Origin: an uncultured Planctomycetota bacterium
GTDB lineage: Bacteria; Planctomycetota; Planctomycetia; Isosphaerales; Isosphaeraceae
Direction of reading: 5' to 3'
NCBI GenBank assembly: GCA_963823665.1
Contig: CAWGMQ010000005.1
Span: 1,184,001-1,248,000 of the forward strand
DNA length: 64,000 nt
Positions 50,730 to 62,700 of the stretch are shown piece by piece; positions within the stretch are counted from its first letter, which is position 1; every line of letters starts with the position of its first letter. The notes under the pieces are model-generated. The model was not told the origin of the DNA and searched no databases. It worked only from the letters and a program-made list of their open reading frames with translations. A program made the translations under genes and the position numbers.

Positions 50730-53700
50730 TCAAGTTGGGCTAATCTTTTTTCCCCGCGCGGAGATGTTGAACACGCTGTTTTCCGCCAGCGTGGCGCCCG
50801 ATTCGCCAGTGACACCTCCCGGGGGTCTACTGACCACAGTGAGCTGGCCCCCGGTCCGGAAGGTTTGCTTGCCGGCGAATGTCAGGGTGACCGAGTCGTT
50901 CGCCGCACTGTAGGCGACCGAGAAGCTCGTAATCGGATGAAGAACGCGCTGCGTCTGCTTCTTGACCCGCTTGGTGGTGACGGTGTCGAGTTGATAATTG
51001 GCTCGGGTCGTCGCGCTCGTTGGATTGAGCGGACCGCTGAAGTCGAGAACGAATCCGTCGAGGACCGGCTTGCCGATCGGCCGGCCCTTCTTGTTGGTTT
51101 TGCGGTTGAAGAGCGCCTTTTCGCCTACAATGACCGGCGGCGCCAGAGGGTTAACCGTCAAGGTGCCGCTCGCCATGCTGCCTGAGTACGTGGAGTCACC
51201 GGCGAAGGTCGCGCCCACGGCGCCGGGGTAAGCGCCGGCCTTGATGCCGGCCAGGCTCACACCGGTCAATGTCGCAACGCCGTTCGCGTCGGTCGTCGCC
51301 GAGCCGACGGTCATGACCGTGCCTGCTTCATTCAGCGTGAAAATCACAGTCCTGCCGGCCAGAGGCAGATCGCTTGCTGTCAAGGTGGAGCTCAGCGTGG
51401 CAGTTCCTCCCGAGGTCCCAACGCCCGAGACAGAGGAGAGGTTCGCGGCCTGGCCAACGTAGGTGAACCGGCCGGCGGCCGAGTCGGCCGATTCGCCGCC
51501 TGGCGTTGTCACGGTGACATTGACGCCGCCGGTGCCCGCCGGGCTGTCTGCCGTGATCGTCGTGCTGCTCAACACGGCGATATTCGTTGCCGCGGCCGTG
51601 CCGAACTCGATAGCGGTGGCACCGGTGAAACCCGTCCCGGTGATCGTCACCAACGTGCCGCCGGCGGCTGAACCGCTGGTCGGGCTCAGGCCGGTGACCG
51701 CTGAAACGGCGACGTAGGCGAACTGACTCGCGGCCGAGCTGGCAGACGTGCCGCCCGGCGTCGTCACGGTGACGCTCACAACGCCCGAGCCGGTTGGGCT
51801 CACGGCGGTGATCGCGTCGCTGTTGACCACGGTGACATCCGTCGCCGCTGCCGCGCCGAAGTCGACCGAGGTGGCGCCGGTGAAATTGGCGCCGGTGATC
51901 GTCACCAACATGGCGCCGCCCGTTGGCCCGCTGCCCGGGCTTAGGCCCGAAACTACCGGAGCGGCAATGTAGGTGAACCGATCGGCGACCGAGGTGACTG
52001 AACTGCCTCCCGGGGTGGTCACGGTGACGTCGACGATGCCGGTGCCCGCCGAGCTGTCGGCCGTGATCGTCGCGCTATTGACCACCTTGATATTCGTCGC
52101 CGCCGTGGTGCCGAAGTCGACCGCTGTGGCGCCGGTGAAATTGGCGCCGCTGATCGTCACTAGAGTGCCGCCAGCAGCCGGACCGGTGGTTGGGCTCAGG
52201 CCAGTGACACCTGGAGCGGCGATGTAGGTGAACTGATCGGCGGCCGAGGCGGCCGACTTTCCGCCCGGGGTGGTCACGGAGACGTTCACGACGCCGCTGC
52301 CCGCGGGGCTGTCGGCCGTGATCGTCGTGCTGTTCACCACCGTGACGTCTGTCGCCGCCGTGGTGCCGAAGTCCACCTCCGTAGCGCCGGTGAAGCTCGC
52401 GCCGGTGACGGTCACCAACGTGCCACCAGTCACGGGACCACTGGCTGGGCTGAGACCGCTGACTGTCGGAGCGGCGAAGTACGTGAACTGATCGGCGGCC
52501 GACGTGGCCGACGTGCCGCCCGTTGTCGTCACAGTTACGTTCACCGTACCCGTGCCAGCGGGGCTGTCGGCCGTGATCGTCGTGCTGCTTACCACCGTGA
52601 TGTTCGTCGCCGCCGTGGCCCCGAAGTCGACCGCAGTGGCACCGGCGAGGTTCGTGCCAGTGATCGTGACCAACGTGCCACCAGCTAATGGGCCGCTGGT
52701 CGGGCTCAGGTCGCTGACCGCGGGACCGGGGACGTAGGTGAACTGGTCGGCGGAGGACGTGGCCGATCTGCCGGCGGGCGTGTTCACTGTGACGTCGACG
52801 ATGCCGGCGCCCGCAGGGCTGTCGGCCGTGATCGTGGTGCTGCTGACAACCGTGATATTCGTCGCCGCCGTCGTGCCGAAGTCGACCGCTGTGGGGCCCG
52901 TCAAGTTGGCGCCGGTGATCGTCACCAAACTGCCGCCGGCGGCCGGTCCGCTCGTCGGACTCAGACCGGTGACCGCAGGAGCGACGACGTAAGTGAACTC
53001 ATCGGCGGATGACTTGGCTGACGTGACGCCCGGGGTGGCCACCGTGACGTCCACCACACCCGAGCCCGCCGGGCTGTCGGCTGTAATCGTTGTGCTATTG
53101 ACAACCGTGATATTCGTCGCCGCCGCGGTGCCGAAGTCGACCGCGGTGGCACCGGCGAGGTTCGTGCCAGTGATCGTGACCAACGTGCCACCTGCTGCTG
53201 GGCCGCTGGTCGGGCTCAGCTCGCTCACCGCGGGAGCGGCGATGTAGGTGAACTTGTCGGCGGAGGAATTGCCCGATTTGCCGCCGGGCGTGGTCACGGT
53301 GACGTCGACGGTGCCCGTGCGCGCCGGGCTGTCGGCCGTGATCGTCGTGCTGCTCACCACCGCGATATTCGTCGCCGCCATGGTGCCGAAGTCGACCGCT
53401 GTGGCGCCGGTGAAGCTGGTGCCGGTAATCGTCACCAAAGTGCCACCAGCCACCGGACCGCTGGTCGGGCTCAAGCCGGTGACCGTGGGAGCGACAACGT
53501 ACGAGAATTGATCGGCGGCCGAGGTGGCCGACGTGCCGAATGGGGTGGTCACGGCGACGTTCACGACGCCGGAGCCTGCCGGACTGTCCGCCGTGATCGT
53601 GGTGTTGTTGACGACCGTGATATTCGTCGCTGCGCTGGTGCCGAAGTCGACCGTTGTGGCACCGGTGAAGCTGGTGCCGGTGATCGTCACCAACGTGCCA

Positions 53701-56700
53701 CCCGCGGACGGACCGCTGGTTGGGCTGAGACCCGTGACGGCAGGAGCAGCGAGGTACGTGAACTGATCGGCGGCCGAGGTGGCCGACGTGCCGCCCGCGG
53801 TGGTCACTGTGACGTTCACGACGCCGGCGCCAGCCGGGTTGTCGGCCGTGATCGTCGTGCTGTTGACCACGACCACGTCCGCCGCCGCCGCCGTGCCGAA
53901 GTCGACCGCTGTTGCGCCGGTGAAGTTGGTGCCGGTGACCGTAACCGACGTACCGCCAGCCACTGGACCAGTACTCGGGCTGAGACCGGTGACGGCTGGA
54001 GCGGCGATGTAGGTGAACTGATCAGCGGCCGAGGCGGCCGACGTGCCGCCCGCGGTCGTCACGGTGACATTCACGACGCCGGAGCCCGCGGGGCTGTCGG
54101 CCGTGATCGTGGTGCTGTTGACCACCGCGACATCCGTCGCCGCTGTCGTGGCGAAGTCGACGATCGAGCCGACCGTGAACCCCGTGCCCGTGATCGTCAC
54201 CGACGTACCGCCGGCGGCTGGACCACTCGCTGGGCTCAAGCCAGTGACCGCCGGAACTACGAGGTAGGTGAACTGATCGCTGGCCGAGATGGCCGACGTG
54301 CCGCCCGCTGTCGTGACAGTGACGTTTACCGTACCCGTGCCAGCGGGGCTGTCGGCGGTGATCGTCGCGCTGTTGACTACGGTCACGTCTGTCGCCGCCG
54401 TGGCGCCGAAATCGACCGCAGTGGCGCCGGTGAAGTTAGTGCCAGTGATCGTGACCAAGGTGCCCCCTGCTAATGGGCCGCTGGTCGGGCTCAGGTCGCT
54501 GACCGCGGGAGCGGCGACGTACGTGAACTGGTCCGCTGAGGAGGTGGCCGATCTGCCGCCGGGCGTGGTCACTGTGAAGTCGACGATGCCGGTGCCCGCG
54601 GGGCTGTCGGCTGTGATCGTGGTGCTGCTGACAACCGTGATGTTCGTCGCCGAGGTCGTGCCGAAGCCGACCGCCGTGGCGCCGGTCAAGTTGGTGCCGG
54701 TGATCGTCACCAGAGTGCCGCCGTTGGTCGGTCCGCTCGTCGGGCTGAGACTGGTGACCGCCGGAGCGACAACGTAAGTAAACTGATCGGCGGACGAGGT
54801 AGCGGACGTGCCACCCGGGGTAGTCACCGTGACGTCCACGACACCAGAGCCCGCCGGGCTGTCGGCCGTGATCGTCGTGCTATTGACCAACGTGATGTTC
54901 GTCGCCGCCTTGGCGCCGAAGTCGACCGCTGTCGCGCCTGTGAAATTGGTGCCGGTGACCGTCACCAAACTGTCGCCGGCGGTCGGACCGCTACCGGGAC
55001 TCAGACCGCTGACCGTGGGCGCGACAACGTAAGTGAACTGATCGGCGGACGACGTGGCCGACGTACCTCCCGGCGTGGTGACCCTGACGTCCACAACGCC
55101 GGAGCCTGCGGGGCTGTCGGCCGTGATCGTCGTGCTGTTAACGAGCGTCACCTCTGTCGCCGCCGCAGTGCCGAAGTCCACCGCTGTTGCGCCAGTGAAG
55201 CTGGTGCCGGTGATCTTGACCAAGGTGCCGCCTGCTAACGGGCCGCTGGTCGGGCTGACGTCGGTAACCGCTGGAGCGGCGATGTACGTGAATTGATCGG
55301 CGGACGACGTGGCTGACGTGCCGCCCGGCGTCGTCACGGTGACGTTCACAACGCCGGTGCCCGCGGGGTCATCGGCCATGATCGTCGTGCTGTTAACCAC
55401 CGAGATGTCTGTCGCCGCCGCCGTGCCGAAGGCGACCGCAGTGGCGCCGGTGAAGTTGGTGCCGGTTATTGTCACCAGAGTGCCGCCGGCGCCTGGACCG
55501 CTCGTTGGGCTCACACCAGTGACCACCGGAGCGGCGATGTACGTGAATTGATCGGCGGACGAGGTCGCCGACGTGCCACCGGAGGTCGTCACGACGACGT
55601 TCACAAGACCGGTGCCCGCGGGGCTGTCGGCCGTGATCGTCGTGCTGCTCACCACCGCGATATTCGTCGCCGCCATGGTGCCGAAGTCGACCGCTGTGGC
55701 GCCGGTGAAGCTGGTGCCGGTAATCGTCACCAAAGTGCCACCAGCCACCGGACCGCTGGTCGGGCTCAAGCCGGTGACCGTGGGAGCGACAACGTACGAG
55801 AATTGATCGGCGGCCGAGGTGGCCGACGTGCCGAATGGGGTGGTCACGGCGACGTTCACGACGCCGGAGCCTGCCGGACTGTCCGCCGTGATCGTGGTGT
55901 TGTTGACGACCGTGATATTCGTCGCTGCGCTGGTGCCGAAGTCGACCGTTGTGGCACCGGTGAAGCTGGTGCCGGTGATCGTCACCAACGTGCCACCCGC
56001 GGACGGACCGCTGGTTGGGCTGAGACCCGTGACGGCAGGAGCAGCGAGGTACGTGAACTGATCGGCGGCCGAGGTGGCCGACGTGCCGCCCGCGGTGGTC
56101 ACTGTGACGTTCACGACGCCGGCGCCAGCCGGGTTGTCGGCCGTGATCGTCGTGCTGTTGACCACGACCACGTCCGCCGCCGCCGCCGTGCCGAAGTCGA
56201 CCGCTGTTGCGCCGGTGAAGTTGGTGCCGGTGACCGTAACCGACGTACCGCCAGCCACTGGACCAGTACTCGGGCTGAGACCGGTGACGGCTGGAGCGGC
56301 GATGTAGGTGAACTGATCAGCGGCCGAGGCGGCCGACGTGCCGCCCGCGGTCGTCACGGTGACATTCACGACGCCGGAGCCCGCGGGGCTGTCGGCCGTG
56401 ATCGTGGTGCTGTTGACCACCGCGACATCCGTCGCCGCTGTCGTGGCGAAGTCGACGATCGAGCCGACCGTGAACCCCGTGCCCGTGATCGTCACCGACG
56501 TACCGCCGGCGGCTGGACCACTCGCTGGGCTCAAGCCAGTGACCGCCGGAACTACGAGGTAGGTGAACTGATCGCTGGCCGAGATGGCCGACGTGCCGCC
56601 CGCTGTCGTGACAGTGACGTTTACCGTACCCGTGCCAGCGGGGCTGTCGGCGGTGATCGTCGCGCTGTTGACTACGGTCACGTCTGTCGCCGCCGTGGCG

Positions 56701-59700
56701 CCGAAATCGACCGCAGTGGCGCCGGTGAAGTTAGTGCCAGTGATCGTGACCAAGGTGCCCCCTGCTAATGGGCCGCTGGTCGGGCTCAGGTCGCTGACCG
56801 CGGGAGCGGCGACGTACGTGAACTGGTCCGCTGAGGAGGTGGCCGATCTGCCGCCGGGCGTGGTCACTGTGAAGTCGACGATGCCGGTGCCCGCGGGGCT
56901 GTCGGCTGTGATCGTGGTGCTGCTGACAACCGTGATGTTCGTCGCCGAGGTCGTGCCGAAGCCGACCGCCGTGGCGCCGGTCAAGTTGGTGCCGGTGATC
57001 GTCACCAGAGTGCCGCCGTTGGTCGGTCCGCTCGTCGGGCTGAGACTGGTGACCGCCGGAGCGACAACGTAAGTAAACTGATCGGCGGACGAGGTAGCGG
57101 ACGTGCCACCCGGGGTAGTCACCGTGACGTCCACGACACCAGAGCCCGCCGGGCTGTCGGCCGTGATCGTCGTGCTATTGACCAACGTGATGTTCGTCGC
57201 CGCCTTGGCGCCGAAGTCGACCGCTGTCGCGCCTGTGAAATTGGTGCCGGTGACCGTCACCAAACTGTCGCCGGCGGTCGGACCGCTACCGGGACTCAGA
57301 CCGCTGACCGTGGGCGCGACAACGTAAGTGAACTGATCGGCGGACGACGTGGCCGACGTACCTCCCGGCGTGGTGACCCTGACGTCCACAACGCCGGAGC
57401 CTGCGGGGCTGTCGGCCGTGATCGTCGTGCTGTTAACGAGCGTCACCTCTGTCGCCGCCGCAGTGCCGAAGTCCACCGCTGTTGCGCCAGTGAAGCTGGT
57501 GCCGGTGATCTTGACCAAGGTGCCGCCTGCTAACGGGCCGCTGGTCGGGCTGACGTCGGTAACCGCTGGAGCGGCGATGTACGTGAATTGATCGGCGGAC
57601 GACGTGGCTGACGTGCCGCCCGGCGTCGTCACGGTGACGTTCACAACGCCGGTGCCCGCGGGGTCATCGGCCATGATCGTCGTGCTGTTAACCACCGAGA
57701 TGTCTGTCGCCGCTGCGGTGCCGAAGGCGACCGCAGTGGCGCCGGTGAAGTTGGTGCCGGTTATTGTCACCAGAGTGCCGCCGGCGCCTGGACCGCTCGT
57801 TGGGCTCACACCAGTGACCACCGGAGCGGCGATGTACGTGAATTGATCGGCGGACGAGGTCGCCGACGTGCCACCGGAGGTCGTCACGACGACGTTCACA
57901 AGACCGGTGCCCGCGGGGCTGTCGGCCGTGATCGTCGTGCTGCTCAACACCGTGAAATCGGTCGAAGCCAAGTTGCCGAAGCCGACCGCAGTGGCGCCGA
58001 TGAAGTTGGTGCCGGTTATTGTCACCAACGTTCCGCCGGCGGCCGGACCGCCGGTCGCGCTCAAGCCGGTGACCGTGGGAGCGACAACGTACGTGAACTG
58101 ATCGGCGGCCGAGGTGGCCGTCGTGCCGACCGGCGTGGTCACGATGACGTTGACGACACCAGTGCCTGGCGGGTCGTAGGCCATGATGGTCGTGCTATTG
58201 ACAACGGTGACATCCGCGGCGGCCGTCGTTCCGAAGTCGACCGCTGTCACGTCAGTGAACCCGGAGCCGGTGATTGTCTCAAGCATTCCGCCAGCGGTCG
58301 GTCCCGCCGCCGGACTGACGCTCGTGACGGTGGGAGGTGGGGACTTTATCCCGAGGGCGGTCAGCACCACCGCCAAACCGTTGTCTGCTCGGTAGGAGAT
58401 CGTATACTCGCTGCCGTCGTTCGCGACGACGACACTCCCCGGCGGCAATCCGTTGAAGGTGCCGCTCACTCCGCTGCCGCCTTGTACGATCGTCAAGGCG
58501 CTGCCGGCGGCGACGGCCGTGCTTTCGGCCACCTGAAGCGTCGCATTGTTGAGGTTGATCGATCCGCTGACATCGAGCTGCGAGTACGTGCCGGCCGTGA
58601 TACCGTCGCCGGGAGTGGTGCCATTGATTGAAACGGCCAGCGTGCTGCCCGCGGGGAAAGTGAACGCGTTGGCGTTCACGCCCAACAGGATGATCGACCC
58701 CCGCCCGTTATTGGTCTTGTCGGTGCTGTACTCGAGATCGACCGTCAGAAGCCCTGAGCCCGTGTCGAGGTTGGCGCCCGAGGTCATCGTGATGTCGGCG
58801 TTTCCCGGGTCGCGCTCGCTGTTGACAACGCCGTCGGCGAGGCTGTCATTGGCGATGAGCGACAGGTTTCCACTCGCGGTTTTGATGCTGGCGTTGACCA
58901 AGATGCTGCGGCCGGCCTCGAGCGTGAGACTGCCGGCGCTGCCGGTAGGGCTCTCGTTGATCGGGCTGTCGATCGTGATATCGTCGTTGGACTGGATCGT
59001 GACGTCGGTGCCCGCGTCGAGGTCGCCGGTCAGGAAGCTCGGCGCCACCGTGATCGTCCGGCCCAGGCCTAGCCCGTAGGTGAGGTCGTTGGGGTCGGTG
59101 ATCATCATCGCCGGGCTGCTGCTTCCGCCGCCGAAGTAGATGAATGAGCCGGCGGACGGGATTGGCGCCACCCCACCGAATCCGAAGCTGTTCTGAGCCT
59201 CAGGGGTGTTATTGCCATCGATCGTCGAGCCCGTGGCGCCGTCGACCCAGGTGACAAAGTTACCCTGGGTCGCCGTGGGGTCCGGGGGTATGCTGTTGAC
59301 CAGATAATTGCTGTTCGGAAGCAAAGTAACGGAAAACACTCCGTCAGTGCCGCCATTGCCCTCCGGAAAGCCCGTGAGACTGTTACCTGAGGAGAGGATG
59401 CCGCTTGTGCCTTGCGTCCCGTTGCCCCACGTCGCTGCCGCCCCGTCATTGTTCCAGAACGGACTTAGCACAACGTAATTGCCGTCCGACAGTGAGGACA
59501 CCCCGCCAGTGAACGTATATCCGTCGCCGAACCGATTCCAGATGCCCCCGCCGACTTGATCCCCGGGGAGGCTACCGACGAGGCTATTGGAGGCAGAAAT
59601 GGCCCCCGTGATCCCCTGCATGCCGTTGGCCCAGGTCACCGCCCCCTCAGAATTATTCCATAATGAACTGTCCACGACGTAGTTGCCGTTGGACAATACG

Positions 59701-62700
59701 GTAACACCCTGGACACCGACATAGTCCTCGGAGTAGCTGCCGACGAGACTGTTGGTAGACGCGACGATACCGCTCGTCCCAGTTTCTCCGCTCCCCCACG
59801 TCACGGCCCCCGTATCCCCATCCCAGTCCGGGCTGTCCACGACGTAGTTGCCGTTGGTCAAGGCGGTCACACCACCGGTGCCCAGGTCGTTATGAGAGGG
59901 GTCCAAGTAGACGCCGCCACCCACGGAATCATAGAATCCCCCTGTTCGCTGGCTGCCGACCAAGCTGTTGCCCGCGGACACGACGCCTGTGGTCCCCGTT
60001 GTCCCATTGCCCCATGTCACGGCTCCTTCTTGATAGTTCCAGAGCGGGCTCGACACCACGTAATTGCCGTTAGCCAGCGCAGTGACCCCGCTTATGCCTA
60101 TCCGATCCGCCCAGTTCTCCGGGTTATTGCTGCCGACGAGGCTGTTTCCGGCGGAGACCGTGCCGGTGGTTCCCGTTGTCCCGTTCCCCCACGTCACCGC
60201 TCCGACGTACCCATCCCAATCGGGACTGGCAACGACATAGTTACCGTTCGTAAGCGCGGTGACCAGATTACCACTAAAATACCCGTTGTTGCTGCCGATC
60301 GCGGCTCCGCTCGGGCCAATCAGGCTGTTGGAGGCAGAGATGATGCCGCTGACGCCCGTTGTCCCATTCCCCCAGGTCACCGCGCCCGCATCATTGTTCC
60401 AGGCGGGGCTGCCAACAACGTAGTTGCCGTTCGCGAGCGGGACGACCGCCACGCCAACATTATCTCCGTTGCTGACGCCGACGACGCCCGGCGTACTGCC
60501 GATCAGGCTGTTAGCGGCCGAGATAACGCCGCTGATGCCCGTCGCCTCGTTCCCCCACGTCGCCTCGCCCTCACGGTTGTTCCATGAGGAATCGTACACG
60601 ACGTAGTCGCCGTTCGCGAGAACGACCAGATCGGAACCCAGGTAGCAGTTGTATTCGTCATCGTTTTGAGTGCCGACGAGGCTGTTATCGGCGGAGACCG
60701 TGCCTGTGGCTCCGGTTGTCCCGTTGCCCCACGTCACCGCGCCCTGTGTGATGTTCCAGTTCGGGCTTCCCACTACGTAATTGCCGTCAGGCAAGGCCGT
60801 GACACCTCCTCCGTATCCTGGCCTTCCCCCCACGTAGTCGCCAAAGTTGTCCCCGATGAGGCTGTTGACGGCGGAGACCGTGCCGATGGTTCCCGTCGTC
60901 CCGTTGCCCCACGTCACCGCTCCCGTGCCCCCGTTCCAGGCTTCCCAATCTATGACGTAATTGCCGTTTGTAAGCGGCGTTATTTGTGGGATCACCTGCG
61001 CTCCGCCTGCAATGAGGCTGTTAGAGGCAGAGACAGTACCATCGAGGCCTGTCGTGCCGCTGCACCAAGTCGCTGAGTTGCTACCGACGGCAACGAAATT
61101 GCCGTTCGTCAGTGCCGTAACGGAAGAAGCCCCTAACAGGGTGCTGATCAGCGCGCCGGTCTCCCCGTTGTAAAGGCAAACCGCCCCGACTCCGCCCGAA
61201 ACTGTCATGACGATGTTGCCGTTGCTGAGTGTCACCGCCTGACCGCTGAAGCCTCCCGAGGGGACTTGCGGCGGCGGCGCGAGGCTGAACTGCGGAAACA
61301 CGCCGCTCGTGGCGCTGATGACCAGTCCGCCCGGCGTCGCGTTAACCGTCAACATGGCCGGCGCCGTCGTTGCGGTACCGAACGAGTTGGTGAAGACGGC
61401 CTGGTATTCGTTGCCGTTCTCGGCCGCGGTGGTGTTGAACGTCAGCGTGGTGGATGTGGCGCCCGCGAGATTGCTGAAGGTGTTGCCGCCATCGGTGCTC
61501 ACTTGCCACTGGACGGTCGGCGCAGGCGAGCCCGAGGCGGCCGCGACCAACGCGACGGGGTTGCCGGCGCTTACGACCTGGCTCGTGGGATTGCTTGCCA
61601 CCTCCAGATAGCTGCCGCCCGTGACCGTGATGGGCGCCGCCGTCGTGATGGCGAATCCATCCATCGTGGCCGAAATCGTGTTCGTACCATCGGTCGCCGC
61701 GGTGAACGTCGCCGAGTAGGTGCCGTTGCCGTTGTCGGTAACCGGGCCGAACGTGCCCGTGCCGGTGCCGGAGCCCAGGGTGAACACGACTGTCAAGCCG
61801 CCGGTTGTCTCCTGGCTGTCGTCTGTATCCACGGCCGTCAGCGTGACGGGGGCGGCGGCACCGGCCTCGATCGTCGGCGGCATCACGGTGACCGTCGAGA
61901 ATGCGAGGCTGAGCGGCACCACGACGATGCCGGTCGGCGGGGAAGCGACCTGCTGACCGTTAATCGTGGCCGTGAAGGTGGCGCTGCCCGCACTCGAGGC
62001 GGTGAAGATGGCGGTGTAGGTGCCGTTGTCGTTGTCGGTCACCGGACCGAACGTCCCGACGGCGCTTGTCACACCGAAAGTGACCGGAAGGTCCCCCGTG
62101 CTCTCCTGGTTTCCGTCTGCATCTCGGGCTGTCAGCGTCACCGTCGTGGTGCCGCCGACCGGCAGCGCCGCGGCGGTCGCGGAGATCGTCGATTGCGTCA
62201 AGTCCGCCGGACCCGGCGTGACCGCGATGGTCGGCGCCTGCGTCGTCACGGGCTGGCCATTGATCGTGGCGGTGATCGTGTTGCTGCCGGCAGTGACGCC
62301 GGTGAACACGGCGGTATACGTCCCGTTGCCGTTGTCTGAGACCGAGCTGAAGGTGCCCGCGCCGCTGCCGGTGCCCAGTCCGAACTGCACACTCAAGCCC
62401 CCCGCAGTTGCCGGCAAGCCTGACGTATCGACGGCCGTGAGTGTCACCGTTGCCGTTGCGCCCGCAACGATGGTGGACGGCGTGAGGGAGATTTTCGAGC
62501 GTGACGGGTCGGCCGTGGAGACTGTCAGAGTGTATTTCTGGGAATACTCGAGGCCCGTGCTATCGGTGGCCTGAACCGTGAAGCTGACGGTTCCCGCGGC
62601 GGTCGGAGTACCGCTAATGCTCAGGCTATTGGTGCCGCCGGTCGGGATGGGTAGGCCAGCGATTGAGCCGCTCACGCCGGTCACGACCAGGGATTTGTTA

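Noticed and set aside
51460..58345. Regular repeats as a possible CRISPR array or DGR template
   Set aside because: They are coding 255-bp units without unique spacers, and no cas or reverse transcriptase gene is in the window.
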